Part shown: one piece after another, positions 7,681 to 16,174 of the stretch
Layout of the letters: each line of letters opens with the position of its first letter
Numbering within the stretch: the stretch's first letter is position 1
Assembly: GCA_964372695.1 (NCBI GenBank)
Contig: CAYJRV010000001.1
Coordinates: 1-34,492, forward strand
DNA: 34,492 bases
Reading direction: 5' to 3'
Source of the DNA: an uncultured archaeon
Lineage (GTDB): Archaea > Aenigmatarchaeota > Aenigmatarchaeia > GW2011-AR5
The notes under the pieces: model-generated
Told to the model about the DNA's origin: nothing
Seen by the model: only the letters and a program-made list of their open reading frames with translations
The model's database searches: none
Position numbers and translations under genes: made by a program

Positions 7681-8871
7681 ATGGAAGACGACATGGCTAG
7701 CAATGAAAACAAACCTTCAGAAGAACCAATTAAAGCAGAGCAATTTACTCCTGGTATAGCCAGTAATGATAACATTGTTATAGAAGAAAAACAAGAACCG
7801 CAACAGGAACTGCCCAAAAAAAAGCTGACAGTCGCCGAATGGTTCTCGGAGATGCACTGGACCGGCAATCCTTTCACGTTTTCTATCATTCCTGATCTGT
7901 TCGTCGGCTACAGGCGCCAGGTTGAGCGCCTGCTCATGGCCCTCGAGGAAAGACATAAGTTTGTCTATTTGGCCGGGCCCACAGGCTCAGGAAAGACCAC
8001 AATGTTGAAGTGGATTTCCGAGCAGATGCCCAAAGAATTCGACGTTCTCTATATCGCAAAGCCGCCAGAGCGCCCTGAACAGTTCATAGACATCTTCAAG
8101 GCGAGATACAGGAAGTCCTGGTTTGCCTTCTGGGTCTCTAACATGAGAAATATCTATGAGATTCCCGATCACCTTAATGAAAAATTAAAGGGAAAGCATC
8201 TTGTCGTCATGTTCGACGAAGCCCACGAGAGCGAGATCGAGGTTCTGGAATGGCTGCGCGTGCTCAGCGACCAGGTGGACAACATGTCCGTTCTGCTCTC
8301 GGGACTTCCTGTATTTGAAAATCATCTGAAGGACAAGCTGGAGACTTTCCGCAGGCGCATCGCCGCAAAAATAGAGCTTGTATCCCTCACAAAGGAAGAA
8401 ATGCAGTCGATGATAAGAAAAAGAATTCAGCACGTTGGCGGCTCTGGCAGCGAATTCTCGCCAGAGCTCATGGATTTCATCTATGCGCAGTCAGGCGGCT
8501 TCCCGCGCGAGGTGCTGCGCATCTGCGACGAGCTTGTGAACCAGGCGATTCTTGCAGGAACAAAGGAATTCGCGACAGCGCCGGCGGCGCAGGAAGAGGT
8601 TGCATCACAAATCTCCCTGAGCATTATAGACGACATGACGCCGATGCAGAAGGAGATTATCGAGTTGCTTACAAAGAGCCCCATGTCGCCCGGAGACATC
8701 GCGAACTCCATAGACCTCCAGAAGTACAAGTCCCGCCAGCACGCAGTGCGCAGCATGAACAACATCATGAAGCGCCTCTACGAGGACGGATACCTCGAGC
8801 GCAGGCGCTCGGACAAGGCATACATATACTCGCTGTCGGGCAAGCTGCGCACCATCGTTGTCAAGGCCTGA
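7681..8871 (+). CDS. AAA+ ATPase with C-terminal winged helix; Orc1/Cdc6-like architecture, with ExeA/AAA_22-like features
   Basis: Walker A GPTGSGKT and Walker B LVVMFDEAH. Sensor-like regions SVLLSGLP and GGFPREVLRICDELV. C-terminal wHTH (MQKEIIELLTKSPMSPGDIANSI...YLERRR). The track start at 7618 is GTG, so the first ATG at 7681 is used. The N-terminal ~75 aa are polar and low-complexity. Confidence 0.6.
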   Translation: MEDDMASNENKPSEEPIKAEQFTPGIASNDNIVIEEKQEPQQELPKKKLTVAEWFSEMHWTGNPFTFSIIPDLFVGYRRQVERLLMALEERHKFVYLAGPTGSGKTTMLKWISEQMPKEFDVLYIAKPPERPEQFIDIFKARYRKSWFAFWVSNMRNIYEIPDHLNEKLKGKHLVVMFDEAHESEIEVLEWLRVLSDQVDNMSVLLSGLPVFENHLKDKLETFRRRIAAKIELVSLTKEEMQSMIRKRIQHVGGSGSEFSPELMDFIYAQSGGFPREVLRICDELVNQAILAGTKEFATAPAAQEEVASQISLSIIDDMTPMQKEIIELLTKSPMSPGDIANSIDLQKYKSRQHAVRSMNNIMKRLYEDGYLERRRSDKAYIYSLSGKLRTIVVKA

Positions 8872-9024
8872 CCATCTCTCACATAAGAAAACCGGAAAAC
8901 AGTAGAGCATCAGATGTAATTCCTGCGTAATTGAATAGCTGGCAAGGACTTCTGCCTTCGGCACCAAACAAATTATTTAAGCATGCATCCGCAATTAATA
9001 GCAGTAACATCAAAGGTGATAAAA

Positions 9025-9279
9025 ATGATGAGCAGGGGAAAGGACGTTATCGGAAAGGTCATAGTTTCCGAGGAAACAGGCAGGAAGTTCGGCGTTGTCG
9101 GCGACATGAACTTCGTCTCCGAGAGCGGCGAGCTTCTCAACCTGGTCCTCGTCGAGCCGACGAAGCACATCGGCGACCTCACGCTTGAGAAAGACGAGCA
9201 GAACCGCCTCCTTATCCCGTTTTCCAGCGTAAAGAGCGTCGGCGACTTCGTGATAATCTCCGAGAAGGAGATCGTTTAG
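9025..9279 (+). CDS. PRC-barrel domain protein
   Basis: The pattern GKDVIGKVIVSEETGRKFGVVGDMNFVSESGELLNLVLV...LLIPFSSVKSVGDFVII is typical of small archaeal PRC-barrel proteins. A GGTGAT box lies 5 nt upstream of the ATG at 9025. Confidence 0.75.
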   Translation: MMSRGKDVIGKVIVSEETGRKFGVVGDMNFVSESGELLNLVLVEPTKHIGDLTLEKDEQNRLLIPFSSVKSVGDFVIISEKEIV

Positions 9280-9315
9280 GTTCTATTTTTATATTTTTCG
9301 GTCTTTAATGTTTCT

Positions 9316-9726
9316 ATGAACGTCGACCCGTTATTAAGCTTTGACGAATTTATCCCCCACAAAACGGCTGTTACAACTACTCGTGGTTACAATAACATGT
9401 TTACCTTCTTTACTGATCAAACAAAATACGGCTGTAGGGATGAACACCATGCATACAGAGCCCTGCTACGGGAGAATCCGAAATTGGTAAACAATCTCAA
9501 AAAGAAAGTTGCAAGATTTGTCAAATTACAGGATAAGTGGGTAGCTGAGTATCATAAAAAATACCATCGGCAGATAAACGAACGTAAAATAGAGGCATCG
9601 GCGGCATTAGAAGCTTTGGATAAAAAGTATATGGTACAAGAAGTGCGGCATGCATTCGAACCGGAGCTATACGAAGCCTACAAACTAATGAGATTGCACG
9701 TTGAGCACGACGAAGATCTATTTTAA
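9316..9726 (+). CDS. Hypothetical protein (helical, Lys/His-rich)
   Basis: 136-aa ORF with no motif I recognise. Lower GC than its neighbours. Its stop overlaps the radA stop in convergent orientation. Confidence 0.45.
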   Translation: MNVDPLLSFDEFIPHKTAVTTTRGYNNMFTFFTDQTKYGCRDEHHAYRALLRENPKLVNNLKKKVARFVKLQDKWVAEYHKKYHRQINERKIEASAALEALDKKYMVQEVRHAFEPELYEAYKLMRLHVEHDEDLF

Positions 9727-10754
9727 TCCTCAACACCCTTCTCCGTGAGCTTGAAGACCGCTTCGCCTTCCGGCAGGTTCGGGCTGTCTATGAGCCTTGC
9801 TATTCTCGTGTTGGCCTTGCTTTTCCGGAGGTACATCCGAAAAGTGCTCATGTGGCCGATGATATGGCCACCGACGTGTGTTGTGGGGTCGCCGAACATG
9901 ACGTCCGGCCTTGCCATCACCTGGTTGGTCATGTAGACAGCAACATTATGTGTATCTGCCAATTTCTGCAAAGCGTGCATGTGCCTGTTCAGCTTCTGCT
10001 GCCTCGGAGCCAGCTCGCCCCTGCCCGAATAGTCGCTGCGGAAGTGAGACATCATCGAGTCAATTATTATAAGCTTTACATTATTGTTTTGAATGAGCTC
10101 TTTCGCTTTCTCCGCGAGTACGATCTGGTGATCCGAATTATATGCCTTCGCGACAAAGATGTTCTTCAGCACCTTTTCCGGATCAAGCCCCTTTGCCTCA
10201 GCAAGTTGTATTATGCGCTCCGGGCGGAATGTGGATTCCGTATCTATTATCAGGCATGCACCGTCTAGGCCGCCCTCGCTTTTCGGCATCTGGACGTTCA
10301 CAGCTAGCTGGAATCCTATCTGCGATTTTCCCGAGCCGAAAGCCCCGAAAGCCTCCGTTATTGCCTGTGTCTCCACGCCGCCGCCAAGCAGGGCGTCAAG
10401 GCTCTGGGAGCTTGTTGTTATTTTCCCGATTTCCTTCCTTTTTTCCATGACGTCGGCGGCGGTCTTGAAGCCCATGTCCAGGACCTGCCTTGCGGCCTGC
10501 ACGATCTTCTCGGCTGTCGCTTCGCCGATCTCGCATGCAGCCGCGACCTCGCCAGCGCTTGCTGCCGCTATGGACATGAGCTCGACATAGCCGGCTTCCC
10601 TGAGCTTCTGCGCGCCCTTTGGCCCTATGCCTGGCAGATCTTCAATAGTAAGGTCATCTGTATCTTTTTTCTTTTTCTCTGTTACAACAATATCTGCCTC
10701 TTCCATCTGCGCAAGCTCTTCCTCAGGCGTCGGTTTCTTCTTAAATCGTGGCAT
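9723..10754 (-). CDS. radA: DNA repair and recombination protein RadA
   Basis: N-terminal HhH domain ([20 protein letters not shown]), Walker [10 protein letters not shown] and Walker B LIIIDS. A GGAGTGAT box precedes the ATG at 10754, and the upstream in-frame extension is rejected. Confidence 0.95.
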   Translation of the reverse strand: MPRFKKKPTPEEELAQMEEADIVVTEKKKKDTDDLTIEDLPGIGPKGAQKLREAGYVELMSIAAASAGEVAAACEIGEATAEKIVQAARQVLDMGFKTAADVMEKRKEIGKITTSSQSLDALLGGGVETQAITEAFGAFGSGKSQIGFQLAVNVQMPKSEGGLDGACLIIDTESTFRPERIIQLAEAKGLDPEKVLKNIFVAKAYNSDHQIVLAEKAKELIQNNNVKLIIIDSMMSHFRSDYSGRGELAPRQQKLNRHMHALQKLADTHNVAVYMTNQVMARPDVMFGDPTTHVGGHIIGHMSTFRMYLRKSKANTRIARLIDSPNLPEGEAVFKLTEKGVED

Positions 10755-10833
10755 AAATATCACTCCTTCTAATTTCCTTGGCAAATCCTGGGAAACCCAT
10801 CTCAAGTATCAAATATTTTTCATGCACGCCTCA

Positions 10834-11049
10834 TCATCTACAAATGTTGAGGCTTCCTGGTGCGGGCCTGACAACCACATAATTGATTTCTTCTCCGTTT
10901 AATTCATCCAGATAATCGCCAAGAATTTTACCAGCAACACGCCATGCATTATTTCCATCATCAGGAATTACCACAAATCTCCTATTTTCGACTACAACTT
11001 GTAGTTCATGCGCGTCTATATCATGATAAATTGTAACTGCATCTTTCAT
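10834..11049 (-). CDS. Hypothetical 71-aa protein embedded between rpa and radA
   Basis: The ORF starts 17 nt after the rpa stop and ends 79 nt before the radA start, on the same strand. No recognisable motif. Confidence 0.45.
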   Translation of the reverse strand: MKDAVTIYHDIDAHELQVVVENRRFVVIPDDGNNAWRVAGKILGDYLDELNGEEINYVVVRPAPGSLNICR

Positions 11050-11066
11050 GTTTACCACTTTTGATA

Positions 11067-12032
11067 CTACTTCTCCAATTTATTTAACATCATCTCTATC
11101 TCCCTCTTCACATCCATTTCCTTCACGTCGCTTGCGATGAACTCAAGCCTGTCGAAGAAGCTGTTCCTGCGCGCCTTGCCCGTTATCAGGAAATCCCTGC
11201 CGAGCGGCACGTTCTCGATGACCGTGCTCAGTTTCTTCTTCCGGTCAAACAGCTTCTTCGCCTCGGCCTTGGTCATGCCAAGAAGTTTTTCCGTCTGTTC
11301 GTTGAAGAAGACAGCGCGGATATTTCCCGACCCGTCATCAACAATGCCTGAAATTATTATGCCGTACTCGGGCTCGACATCGCCATGTTCAGGGCATTTG
11401 TATTCGGTCTCTTCCTTTAGCCTTGCTTTGCACTCCGGGCATATCTCGTAGAATACATTGCCCTCAAAAACCTGCACAATGGCGGCCCTTATCTCCGTGT
11501 ACTGGCCCTCACGCAACTCCGATATCTTTGCGCGCTCCGTTTTGCGCTGCCTTATTTCACCGACCTTTTCATCGCTCTTTGCAATGAGCCCGTAGCGGCC
11601 AAGCCGGACCTCAGGCCTACCAAGGTTATCTTCTTTTACATAGCCTTTCATCCTGATGACGTCGCCTTCCACGAGATCCTGCAGCTTGTCTGTTTCCTCG
11701 TTCCACAGAGATACCCTGACTGAGCCCGTCTCGTCCGCTATCGTGACGTTGGCCACGCGGCCCTGCGCCTTCTCGGTCTTGAATTCCCTGATCGGGGATA
11801 TCTTCACGATCTTTCCGACAACATCCACATTCTGCATGCCTGGCATGACGCTCTCTATGTTGAGCCGCTGCTGCTGGGCCACCTCGATGCCCATCTCCTT
11901 CGCGACCAGGAACGCGGCGCCCTCGTCCGAGATGAGCCCGGACAGCTCCGTTTTTTTGTCCTCTATTCTGTTGAGCACTTCTTCTTCGCCCATGCCGGTC
12001 GCGAAGCATATCCTTTTGACAATCTCTTCCAT
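11067..12032 (-). CDS. rpa: Replication protein A (ssDNA-binding, OB folds plus zinc ribbon)
   Basis: N-terminal helical domain (EEEVLNRIEDKKTELSGLISDEGAAFLVAKEMG). OB fold (VDVVGKIVKISPIREF...GRVANVTIADETGSVRVSLWNE). Second OB fold interrupted by CPECKARL...KCPEHG. ATG at 12032 lies 26 nt from a TATA-like box. Confidence 0.85.
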   Translation of the reverse strand: MEEIVKRICFATGMGEEEVLNRIEDKKTELSGLISDEGAAFLVAKEMGIEVAQQQRLNIESVMPGMQNVDVVGKIVKISPIREFKTEKAQGRVANVTIADETGSVRVSLWNEETDKLQDLVEGDVIRMKGYVKEDNLGRPEVRLGRYGLIAKSDEKVGEIRQRKTERAKISELREGQYTEIRAAIVQVFEGNVFYEICPECKARLKEETEYKCPEHGDVEPEYGIIISGIVDDGSGNIRAVFFNEQTEKLLGMTKAEAKKLFDRKKKLSTVIENVPLGRDFLITGKARRNSFFDRLEFIASDVKEMDVKREIEMMLNKLEK

Positions 12033-12049
12033 GTATAGGAATAACCAGA

Positions 12050-12104
12050 AAAATAATTTAAACCCGAGCCGGGCGCACTTCTCGTGAGAAGTGGCATTTA
12101 AATG
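12050..12104. promoter_or_regulatory. Back-to-back TATA-like boxes flanking an 8+8 bp palindrome (candidate operator)
   Basis: TTTAAATT (12055-12062, minus sense) is centred ~26 nt from the rpa ATG. TTTAAAT (12097-12103) is centred ~26 nt from the ATG at 12126. CACTTCTC (12076-12083) and GAGAAGTG (12086-12093) form a perfect inverted repeat between them. Confidence 0.5.
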
Positions 12105-12125
12105 TTTTGCTTTCATCTCTATTTC

Positions 12126-12737
12126 ATGGACTTTTCAGAAAGCTACATACGCCTCTTTGGAGTTGGCATAGAAACGCCAACAGGCGGCACAGTAAGGCTT
12201 AACCGCAGGCGCGCACTGGTTTTACAAGCATTGTCTGCCAGGAACTGTTACTATTGGCAGATAGTGGGCGTTACGAAATTGGGGAGGCACAGCGTAGAGA
12301 GTGCATTGGGAAAACTCGAGAGCGGAGGCCTTGCAGCCGTGACATGGCGACTGGACACGGAAGCCGGCCAGCAGCCTGGCCCTAGCTATTACGAAATAAC
12401 ACATATTGGAAGAGAAGTGCTTCGCAGAGGAATGGAGGAGTATCCCGGTTTGTGGGCACCGGACAAGAGCACGCTGCGCAACATTAAAGTGCTTAAGGCT
12501 GTTGCCGATGGCCATGAATACGTGCAGCAAATCATTCCTATGACCGGACTGAAAATTCATGTTGTGTACACGAGACTGTATAAGTTGGAAGGTGCGGGTT
12601 TTGTGGATGTGGGAGAGGAACCACGCGAAATCGTGGAGCGCGAACGACGACGACCGCGCGCCCGTTACACATTGTCTACCAGAGGAAGGGAAGAATTGCA
12701 GCGCTTGATGACGCAATACCCGACGGCAAAACCGTAG
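12126..12737 (+). CDS. Tandem winged-helix (PadR/MarR-like) DNA-binding protein
   Basis: Two repeats of a wHTH-like pattern: ...YYWQIVGVTKLGRHSVESALGKLESGGLAAV...YYEITHIGREVL and ...EYVQQIIPMTGLKIHVVYTRLYKLEGAGFVDV...RYTLSTRGREEL. Visibly GC-rich. The start is set at the ATG 26 nt from the TATA-like box. Confidence 0.55.
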   Translation: MDFSESYIRLFGVGIETPTGGTVRLNRRRALVLQALSARNCYYWQIVGVTKLGRHSVESALGKLESGGLAAVTWRLDTEAGQQPGPSYYEITHIGREVLRRGMEEYPGLWAPDKSTLRNIKVLKAVADGHEYVQQIIPMTGLKIHVVYTRLYKLEGAGFVDVGEEPREIVERERRRPRARYTLSTRGREELQRLMTQYPTAKP

Positions 12738-12822
12738 CCTTTTGCCTTTTGTAGAGCGCTCTAAAGAATGAGAAAACCGCAGGTTCTGATCTTGCGGCAC
12801 TGAGTATTCTTTTCCTGGCATG

Positions 12823-13032
12823 TCATCTCTTCAAATTCCTCGCGGCCATCTTCACGTCCCTGCGCATCACCGTGCGCCGGCCGGCGTGCTGGCTGAGCCT
12901 CTGCGCCTCCAGCGCTATCTGCGCAGCGCGCTCCTCCATGAGCTTGCCAAGCTCTTCCGCGGCCTGGTCGCTGATCCTCTTGCCGCCGGCGCGCTTGAAC
13001 ATGCGCCTCAGCGGCTGCAGGGTGAGTTCCAT
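12823..13032 (-). CDS. Archaeal histone (HMf family histone fold)
   Basis: MELTLQPLRRMFKRAGGKRISDQAAEELGKLMEE...AQRLSQHAGRRTVMRRDVKMA aligns position-for-position with the HMfB pattern [24 protein letters not shown]...HAGRKT. Length is 69 aa. Confidence 0.92.
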   Translation of the reverse strand: MELTLQPLRRMFKRAGGKRISDQAAEELGKLMEERAAQIALEAQRLSQHAGRRTVMRRDVKMAARNLKR

Positions 13033-13034
13033 TG

Positions 13035-13277
13035 TTATCGTTTCCTCTTTGCCGATCTGCGGGCCATTGATATTGTTAGTAATGCCAGCGAAAGGATAAG
13101 TATTATAAGTCCGGCAGCTAACGTTGCAGCATCAGAAACTTTAGAGCATGTATTGCAATTCGGGTTTGTTTCCGGGCATGCAATTTTTGTGCAGACCTCG
13201 CTCTGGTAAACAAAGGAATATGCAACTAGAATCAGCCCCAACACAATACCTGCATATGCAAAATATGCGTAATTCAT
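13035..13277 (-). CDS. Small two-TM membrane protein with a Cys-rich loop
   Basis: TM1 is YAGIVLGLILVAYSFV and TM2 is LAAGLIILILSLALLTI, with the loop CTKIACPETNPNCNTC between them and a basic tail. The stop lies 2 nt before the histone start. Confidence 0.6.
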   Translation of the reverse strand: MNYAYFAYAGIVLGLILVAYSFVYQSEVCTKIACPETNPNCNTCSKVSDAATLAAGLIILILSLALLTISMARRSAKRKR

Positions 13278-13620
13278 ACCTTCCAGTAAATGTATTGCTT
13301 TTCCGTGTATTAATGTCTTTGTTTATTGTAGGGTCTGAAAGCATGCTTTTCTTATCGGCTCTGGTTTTTGATGCCCATATTTATTAACGCAACGCGCGAG
13401 ACTTCATTTATTGCCGCCAAAAAATACTACAGGAAATATATGTTATTTAAGCTTTCATGTAATATATATTTTAATAGCAACAATTGGTACCAAAAACACA
13501 CTATATAAAAGATGTTTTATAATATATATTATATAAAAGATATTTTTCAGCCATGCATCTCTCACATCGGAAAATCAAAAACATATTTATACCCGGAAAT
13601 CTAAGTAAGAGCAGATAAGA

Positions 13621-13923
13621 ATGGTGCAAAAAACGGATAAAATAGAGCTCGAGGAGATGTTTCTCAGGAAAAAACCGGTTCGCCTGCTTCTCAACATAAA
13701 GATGGGCAGCCAGAAGTACGTTTCTGTGCTCGCCAAGGAGACCGATTGCACGTATTCGCACACTGTGAAGCTCCTGGACATGTTCCAGGAGCTAGGCATA
13801 GTCGAGTTCGAGAAGCGCGGCCGCATAAAATTCGTCAAGCTGACTGAGGATGGTACTGCTTTGGCCGGCGATTTCGAGTCCGTGCTGCGGAAGTTCGCCA
13901 AGCTGAAGCCCAGGAAGAAATAG
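13621..13923 (+). CDS. Small winged-helix DNA-binding protein
   Basis: HTH-like YVSVLAKETDCTYSHTVKLLDMFQELGIVEF, followed by a wing (RGRIKFVKLTEDG). Length is 100 aa. Confidence 0.55.
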   Translation: MVQKTDKIELEEMFLRKKPVRLLLNIKMGSQKYVSVLAKETDCTYSHTVKLLDMFQELGIVEFEKRGRIKFVKLTEDGTALAGDFESVLRKFAKLKPRKK

Positions 13924-14044
13924 TTGTTATTTTTACAGCTTCTGTAATAGTATATTTTGTCAACAAGCCAGAAAAGCTATCATACTCTCAGAATCTTTTT
14001 CCTCTCTTTAACGCTTTTAAGAAGTTTCCTATTTTACACAAATT

Positions 14045-14500
14045 ATGCCTTCGTATAAACCTGTCCAAAAAGCACGAGCAGTTGCGCATAAATTGGCTGA
14101 AATATTAAGTAAATATTCGGGAAAAGTTAGCTCTACTATACTCCTTGATGAACTCGATAGCGAGGATTTTGTAGAAAATGGAAATATCGCAGTTGTGAGC
14201 ATCTCATATGAAATAGGGCTGACAGATGGTTTTGGCTCGGGCAGTATGGACGTACGTTATGATTTTGATGCTTCAGGATCAAAGAAAAAAAGAAACTGGA
14301 ACAATTTCTATGTAGCTGGTCCAATAGTCGATTTTTCTGATATGGAAGATACACCCGTTTCATTAGACCGTCTTAAACATGCCGTAGATTCTACAGAAGA
14401 TGCAATTAATGATGCAAATAATTATCTAAATTCTATCGGAAGAAAAAGAAGAGATGGTCAAATCAAGAAGTGGTATGTAATGGCGAAAGCGAAAGTCTAA
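14045..14500 (+). CDS. Hypothetical protein (orphan-like, AT-rich)
   Basis: 151-aa ORF with no recognisable motif. It is flanked by long AT-rich non-coding stretches. Confidence 0.45.
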   Translation: MPSYKPVQKARAVAHKLAEILSKYSGKVSSTILLDELDSEDFVENGNIAVVSISYEIGLTDGFGSGSMDVRYDFDASGSKKKRNWNNFYVAGPIVDFSDMEDTPVSLDRLKHAVDSTEDAINDANNYLNSIGRKRRDGQIKKWYVMAKAKV

Positions 14501-14850
14501 AAGTTCATTCCTATTCTATTCTGAAAGAATTACCTTCATCCCTAACATCAAAAAACGCATTTTGAGCCCATTATTGTCTTTGCTAGGAATTCCTCTCAAG
14601 GATACAAATAAATAAAAATGTCCAGGACAAAAGATGTTTGCGCATAGGCAAGGTTATGTATCCAAGATATGCAAATCAGGGCCTTTCAACCAGCCACTCC
14701 TGGTAAATAATGATATGTTTTTTGGTGTTTTCATGACTCCTACTAACAGAAAATCAGCAAATTATAACGCCGTTTTTGCTGCCTGCTCATCTCTCACATG
14801 TGAAAAAAAGCCTTTTATTGCATGAAAACAATAGTAAACAGGTGACCCAA

Positions 14851-15348
14851 TTGACGCAAGATGTTTATCAAAGTGGGGGAAAAAGGCCGGATTGGGACGA
14901 GTATTTCATGGAAATTGCCCGCGCAGTGAAAGCTAGGTCCAACTGCAGCTCGCCTGCGAAGGGTGCGATCATTGTGAGGAATAAACAGATCGTATCCACC
15001 GGCTATAATGGCACGCCAAAGAACGTGAGAAACTGCACTGACGGCGGCTGCCAGCGCTGCGCAGACGCACGCCAAGGAAAAATAAAGTCCGGCGACCAGC
15101 TGGACAAATGTGCCTGCTCACATGCAGAGGAGAATGCAATAGTCCAGGCAGCACTCCACGGCATCGCTACCGATGGTGCCACGCTTTACACGACATTCAG
15201 GCCCTGCACAGCATGCGCCAAGATGATAATTAATTCAGGAATTATGCGCGTCGTTGCCGAGGAGGACTACCCACATGATCTCGGCGTCGAGCTTATGAAG
15301 GAGGCAGGGATTAGGCTGGAAAAGTTTGAAAACGGTGGTGCAAAATGA
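14851..15348 (+). CDS. Deoxycytidylate (dCMP) deaminase
   Basis: Zinc motifs CSHAEENA and PCTACAKMI, with an extra CxxC region (CTDGGCQRC) typical of dCMP deaminases. The TTG at 14851 is preceded by AGGTGA with a 5-nt spacer and is preferred to the track TTG at 14776. Confidence 0.88.
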   Translation: MTQDVYQSGGKRPDWDEYFMEIARAVKARSNCSSPAKGAIIVRNKQIVSTGYNGTPKNVRNCTDGGCQRCADARQGKIKSGDQLDKCACSHAEENAIVQAALHGIATDGATLYTTFRPCTACAKMIINSGIMRVVAEEDYPHDLGVELMKEAGIRLEKFENGGAK

Positions 15349-15887
15349 AAAAGAAACTCTCCGACATAGTTTTCCAGCGCGTGAGCCCGCCTGATCACAA
15401 AGGCGTTCTTACATCAGAAGACCTGTCTCACGTTCTGGTCCGCAGGCTTGGCCTGAAAAGGAAAGAATCCAGGGCCCGGCACGATAAGCTGCTTCTTGAG
15501 CTGCTGAAATATCGCAAGGATAACATTCCCATGAGCATAGGGCAGATTGCGCAGATCCTTTCCGTGTCGCAGAGCCAGACATACGAGGAGATAAGAAAGT
15601 GGCGCACCCTGGGCCTCATAGAATTCGTTAAGATCCCAGCAGGCACAGGGTTTATCAAGGGCTACATGCTGACAGGCAACACAGTGAACCGCATGCTGGA
15701 CCGTGTGGAATCGTCCACAAAGGCTTTCTTCCGCAAGACGCGGCGCATCGCCAAGGATTTTGATGATCTTCTTATGTTAGAGGTCACGCGCTCCAGCCGG
15801 GCCGACGTTTCAGCCAAAACCCCGGAAGAGGTCAAGGAAGAAATCAGGGAAGAATCCGAGAGCGAGCCGGAATCCGAAGAAAACTAG
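15345..15887 (+). CDS. HTH/winged-helix protein with an acidic C-terminal tail
   Basis: HTH-like SIGQIAQILSVSQSQTYEEIRKWRTLGLIEF. The tail is EEVKEEIREESESEPESEEN. The start overlaps the dCMP deaminase stop (ATGA). Confidence 0.55.
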   Translation: MKKKLSDIVFQRVSPPDHKGVLTSEDLSHVLVRRLGLKRKESRARHDKLLLELLKYRKDNIPMSIGQIAQILSVSQSQTYEEIRKWRTLGLIEFVKIPAGTGFIKGYMLTGNTVNRMLDRVESSTKAFFRKTRRIAKDFDDLLMLEVTRSSRADVSAKTPEEVKEEIREESESEPESEEN

Positions 15888-15993
15888 CTTCTTCCTCTTT
15901 TTACCAACATTTCTTTTGTTAGAGATGGAGCCTGCCCAATGGGCGAAGAGATGCCGCGACAGAAATATATATTTCCTGTAAGTAATTTTATAT

Positions 15994-16174
15994 AATATAT
16001 TTCTAGAAGAATTTTATCAAATAAGTATTTTTAATAATATATTTTGAAGATACAATTTCTTTTGTGAGGGTTTGGGGTCAAAAATGTGCTGCAGAATATA
16101 TTTTAAAACAGAGTCTTTATATTATATATGATAAAAAATATATTTTTTAGAAGTCACACCCGTTTGTGAGGGTT
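15994..16174 (+). repeat. Repeated TATA-like modules (AATATATTTY x4); two are followed at 25-26 nt by TTTGTGAGGGTT
   Basis: AATATATTT(T/C) occurs at 15994, 16036, 16095 and 16137. TTTGTGAGGGTT occurs at 16061-16072 and 16163-16174. The region lies between the 3' ends of two convergent genes. Confidence 0.6.

Noticed and set aside
11626-12009. 127-aa Arg/Gly-rich ORF in an alternative frame inside rpa
   Set aside because: It is a same-strand alternative frame of a gene with clear OB-fold and zinc-ribbon motifs. Its composition is typical of off-frame translation of GC-rich coding DNA.
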